A DNA stretch of 64,000 bases from Octopus sinensis (lineage: Eukaryota), in contig NC_043013.1 of assembly GCF_006345805.1 (NCBI RefSeq), positions 29,636,001 through 29,700,000 of the forward strand. The letters are read 5' to 3'. The notes under the pieces were generated by a model. The model was not told the origin of the DNA, ran no database searches, and saw nothing but the letters and a program-made list of their open reading frames with translations. Shown here in pieces: positions 62,445-64,000 of the stretch (the stretch's first letter is position 1; every line of letters begins with the position of its first letter). Both the position numbers and the translations under genes were made by a program.

Positions 62445-62555
62445 TGGGTTCAGTCCCACTGTGTGGCACCTTGGGCAAGTATCTTCTACTATAGCCTCAG
62501 GTCGACCAAAGCCTTGTGAGTTGATTTGGTAGACGGAAATTGGAAGAAGCCTGTC

Positions 62556-62587
<32 letters not shown>

Positions 62588-62790
62588 GTATGTGTGTGTA
62601 TATGTGTTTGTGTGTCTGTGTTTGTCCCTCCAACATCGCTTGTCAACTGGTGTGTTTACGTCCCTGTAACTTAGCGGTTAGGCAAAAGAGACCGATAGAA
62701 TAAGTACTAGGCTTACAAAGAATAAGTCCTGAGGTGGATTTGCTTGACTAAAGGTGGTGCTCCAGCATGGCCACAGTTAAATGGCTGAAA
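62445..62790 (+). mobile_element. SINE family A, 5'-truncated
   Basis: GGGTTCAGTCCCACTG.. through the tail. Confidence 0.85.
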
Positions 62791-62987
62791 TAAGTAAAAG
62801 AGTATATAATATATATATAATAAAACAGGAAGCTGGAAAATCTATTGGTATTATTTATGCACCATTACACATGTTTCATTTGCTAATAGGAATTACAGAG
62901 TTTTACATGTTAGATAGGCATGTAAGGAATTTCCTATTACAAATTCTTCAAACAGAGAAATTAAGCAATAATAATAATATTATTATT

Positions 62988-63037
<50 letters not shown>

Positions 63038-63057
63038 TAATAATAATAATAATAATC

Positions 63058-63270
63058 CTTTCTGCTAGAGGCACAAGACCTGAAATTTGGGGGAGGAGGA
63101 TAGTTGATTACATTGACCCCAGTGTTTCACTAATACTTAAATTATCAACTCCGAAAGGATGAAAGGCAAAGTTAAGCTCAGTGGAATTTGAACTCAGAAC
63201 ATAAAGACAGACACAATGCCGCTAAGCATTTTGTCTGACGTGCTAATGATTCTACCAGCTCACTGTCTTT
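63058..63270 (-). mobile_element. SINE family B
   Basis: Reverse complement of head, body and tail 2. Confidence 0.8.
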
Positions 63271-63299
63271 AATAATAATGATAATAATGATGATAATCA

Positions 63300-63825
63300 T
63301 AACACTCTGATGCAATACCCGGCAGTGTCTCTCATGGCTTCTGACCTTAACTGATTGAAAGTGTTATCATGTATATGTTTTGTTTTGGTATTAAAAAGGA
63401 TGGGCTACAGCCCATCTGCTCAATAGCACAGATTTACTTGTCATTTGTTTCACTTTAACCATTTGAGCATGTCCCTTGGTGGCCAATGATATGTGCATCT
63501 CTGATCATGAGCAGGAGTAGTGGGGGAGCATCAAAGCCATGTGTTTAGAGGAATTCTTTGGGCTTTCTGGAAACATGAGTGTTTCATTCAACATCCTTAA
63601 ACAACCCTTATTCAGGGACATTTTCAGCGGGATGGGCTACTCAACCTGAAGAAAATTCTAACTGGGCTGTTTATCTTGATATGAGATCACCATATTGTGC
63701 ACATATGTTTGTCATGCATGTGCCTAGTGGTGTGCTCTTATCAGATGGGTAGTCATGAAGGGTATATTGGGCTTCATATATTTTACCCCAGTATCATTTT
63801 GATGGTATGTATTGCTCTCTCACTC

Positions 63826-63828
<3 letters not shown>
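63300..63828. mobile_element. Family G element in (AAT)n
   Basis: Reverse complement of 35458-36030 with small deletions. Confidence 0.85.
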
Positions 63829-63862
<34 letters not shown>

Positions 63863-63881
63863 TTTACTTTTGTTGTTGTAG

Positions 63882-63978
63882 GGCCTCGTATTGTTGTTCA
63901 TGCCTATGGATTAGACACTTTTGGCAATGATGTGGTCCGTGGTTATGGAATGTGCCATGTTCCTATAATTCCTGGCAG
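63882..63978 (+). CDS. B9D1: B9D1 internal exon (equivalent to human exon 4): (W)[31 protein letters not shown](R)
   Basis: 97-nt phase 1/2 exon with TTGTAG| acceptor and |GTAAGA donor. T|GG reconstitutes Trp with the previous exon, and it carries the B9D1 hallmark [10 protein letters not shown]. Confidence 0.96.
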
Positions 63979-64000
63979 GTAAGATATTATTGAATTAATG

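Overview
AT-rich, microsatellite- and transposon-dense animal genomic DNA. The repeat families (tRNA-derived SINEs with internal (TA/TG)n, RTE-type tails ending in (GAT)n) look like those I associate with Octopus; this is an inference, not a database match. The one well-supported host gene is B9D1 (ciliary transition-zone B9 protein) on the + strand: three in-frame GT-AG exons at 39247-39315, 47111-47222 and 63882-63978, with 7.8-kb and 16.7-kb introns. Its first coding exon was not found and later exons lie beyond the window. Almost all ORFs in the supplied track are microsatellite or SINE artefacts. Real coding remnants are all transposon-derived: mariner DD34D-type, DD37D maT, piggyBac, CR1-type LINE, an R4/Dong RLE element in (AAT)n, and an RTE-type LINE with a PHD-like finger. 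Non-autonomous elements include several SINE families, Tc1/mariner, hAT and piggyBac MITEs, Helitron/Helentron elements and (TA)n-anchored foldbacks, often nested. The most unusual signal is a set of type I hammerhead-ribozyme folds, two of them in sense orientation about 370 nt apart in B9D1 intron 2, with decayed relatives in foldbacks and in a tRNA-headed SINE. All RNA structures were paired by eye and need computational and experimental testing.
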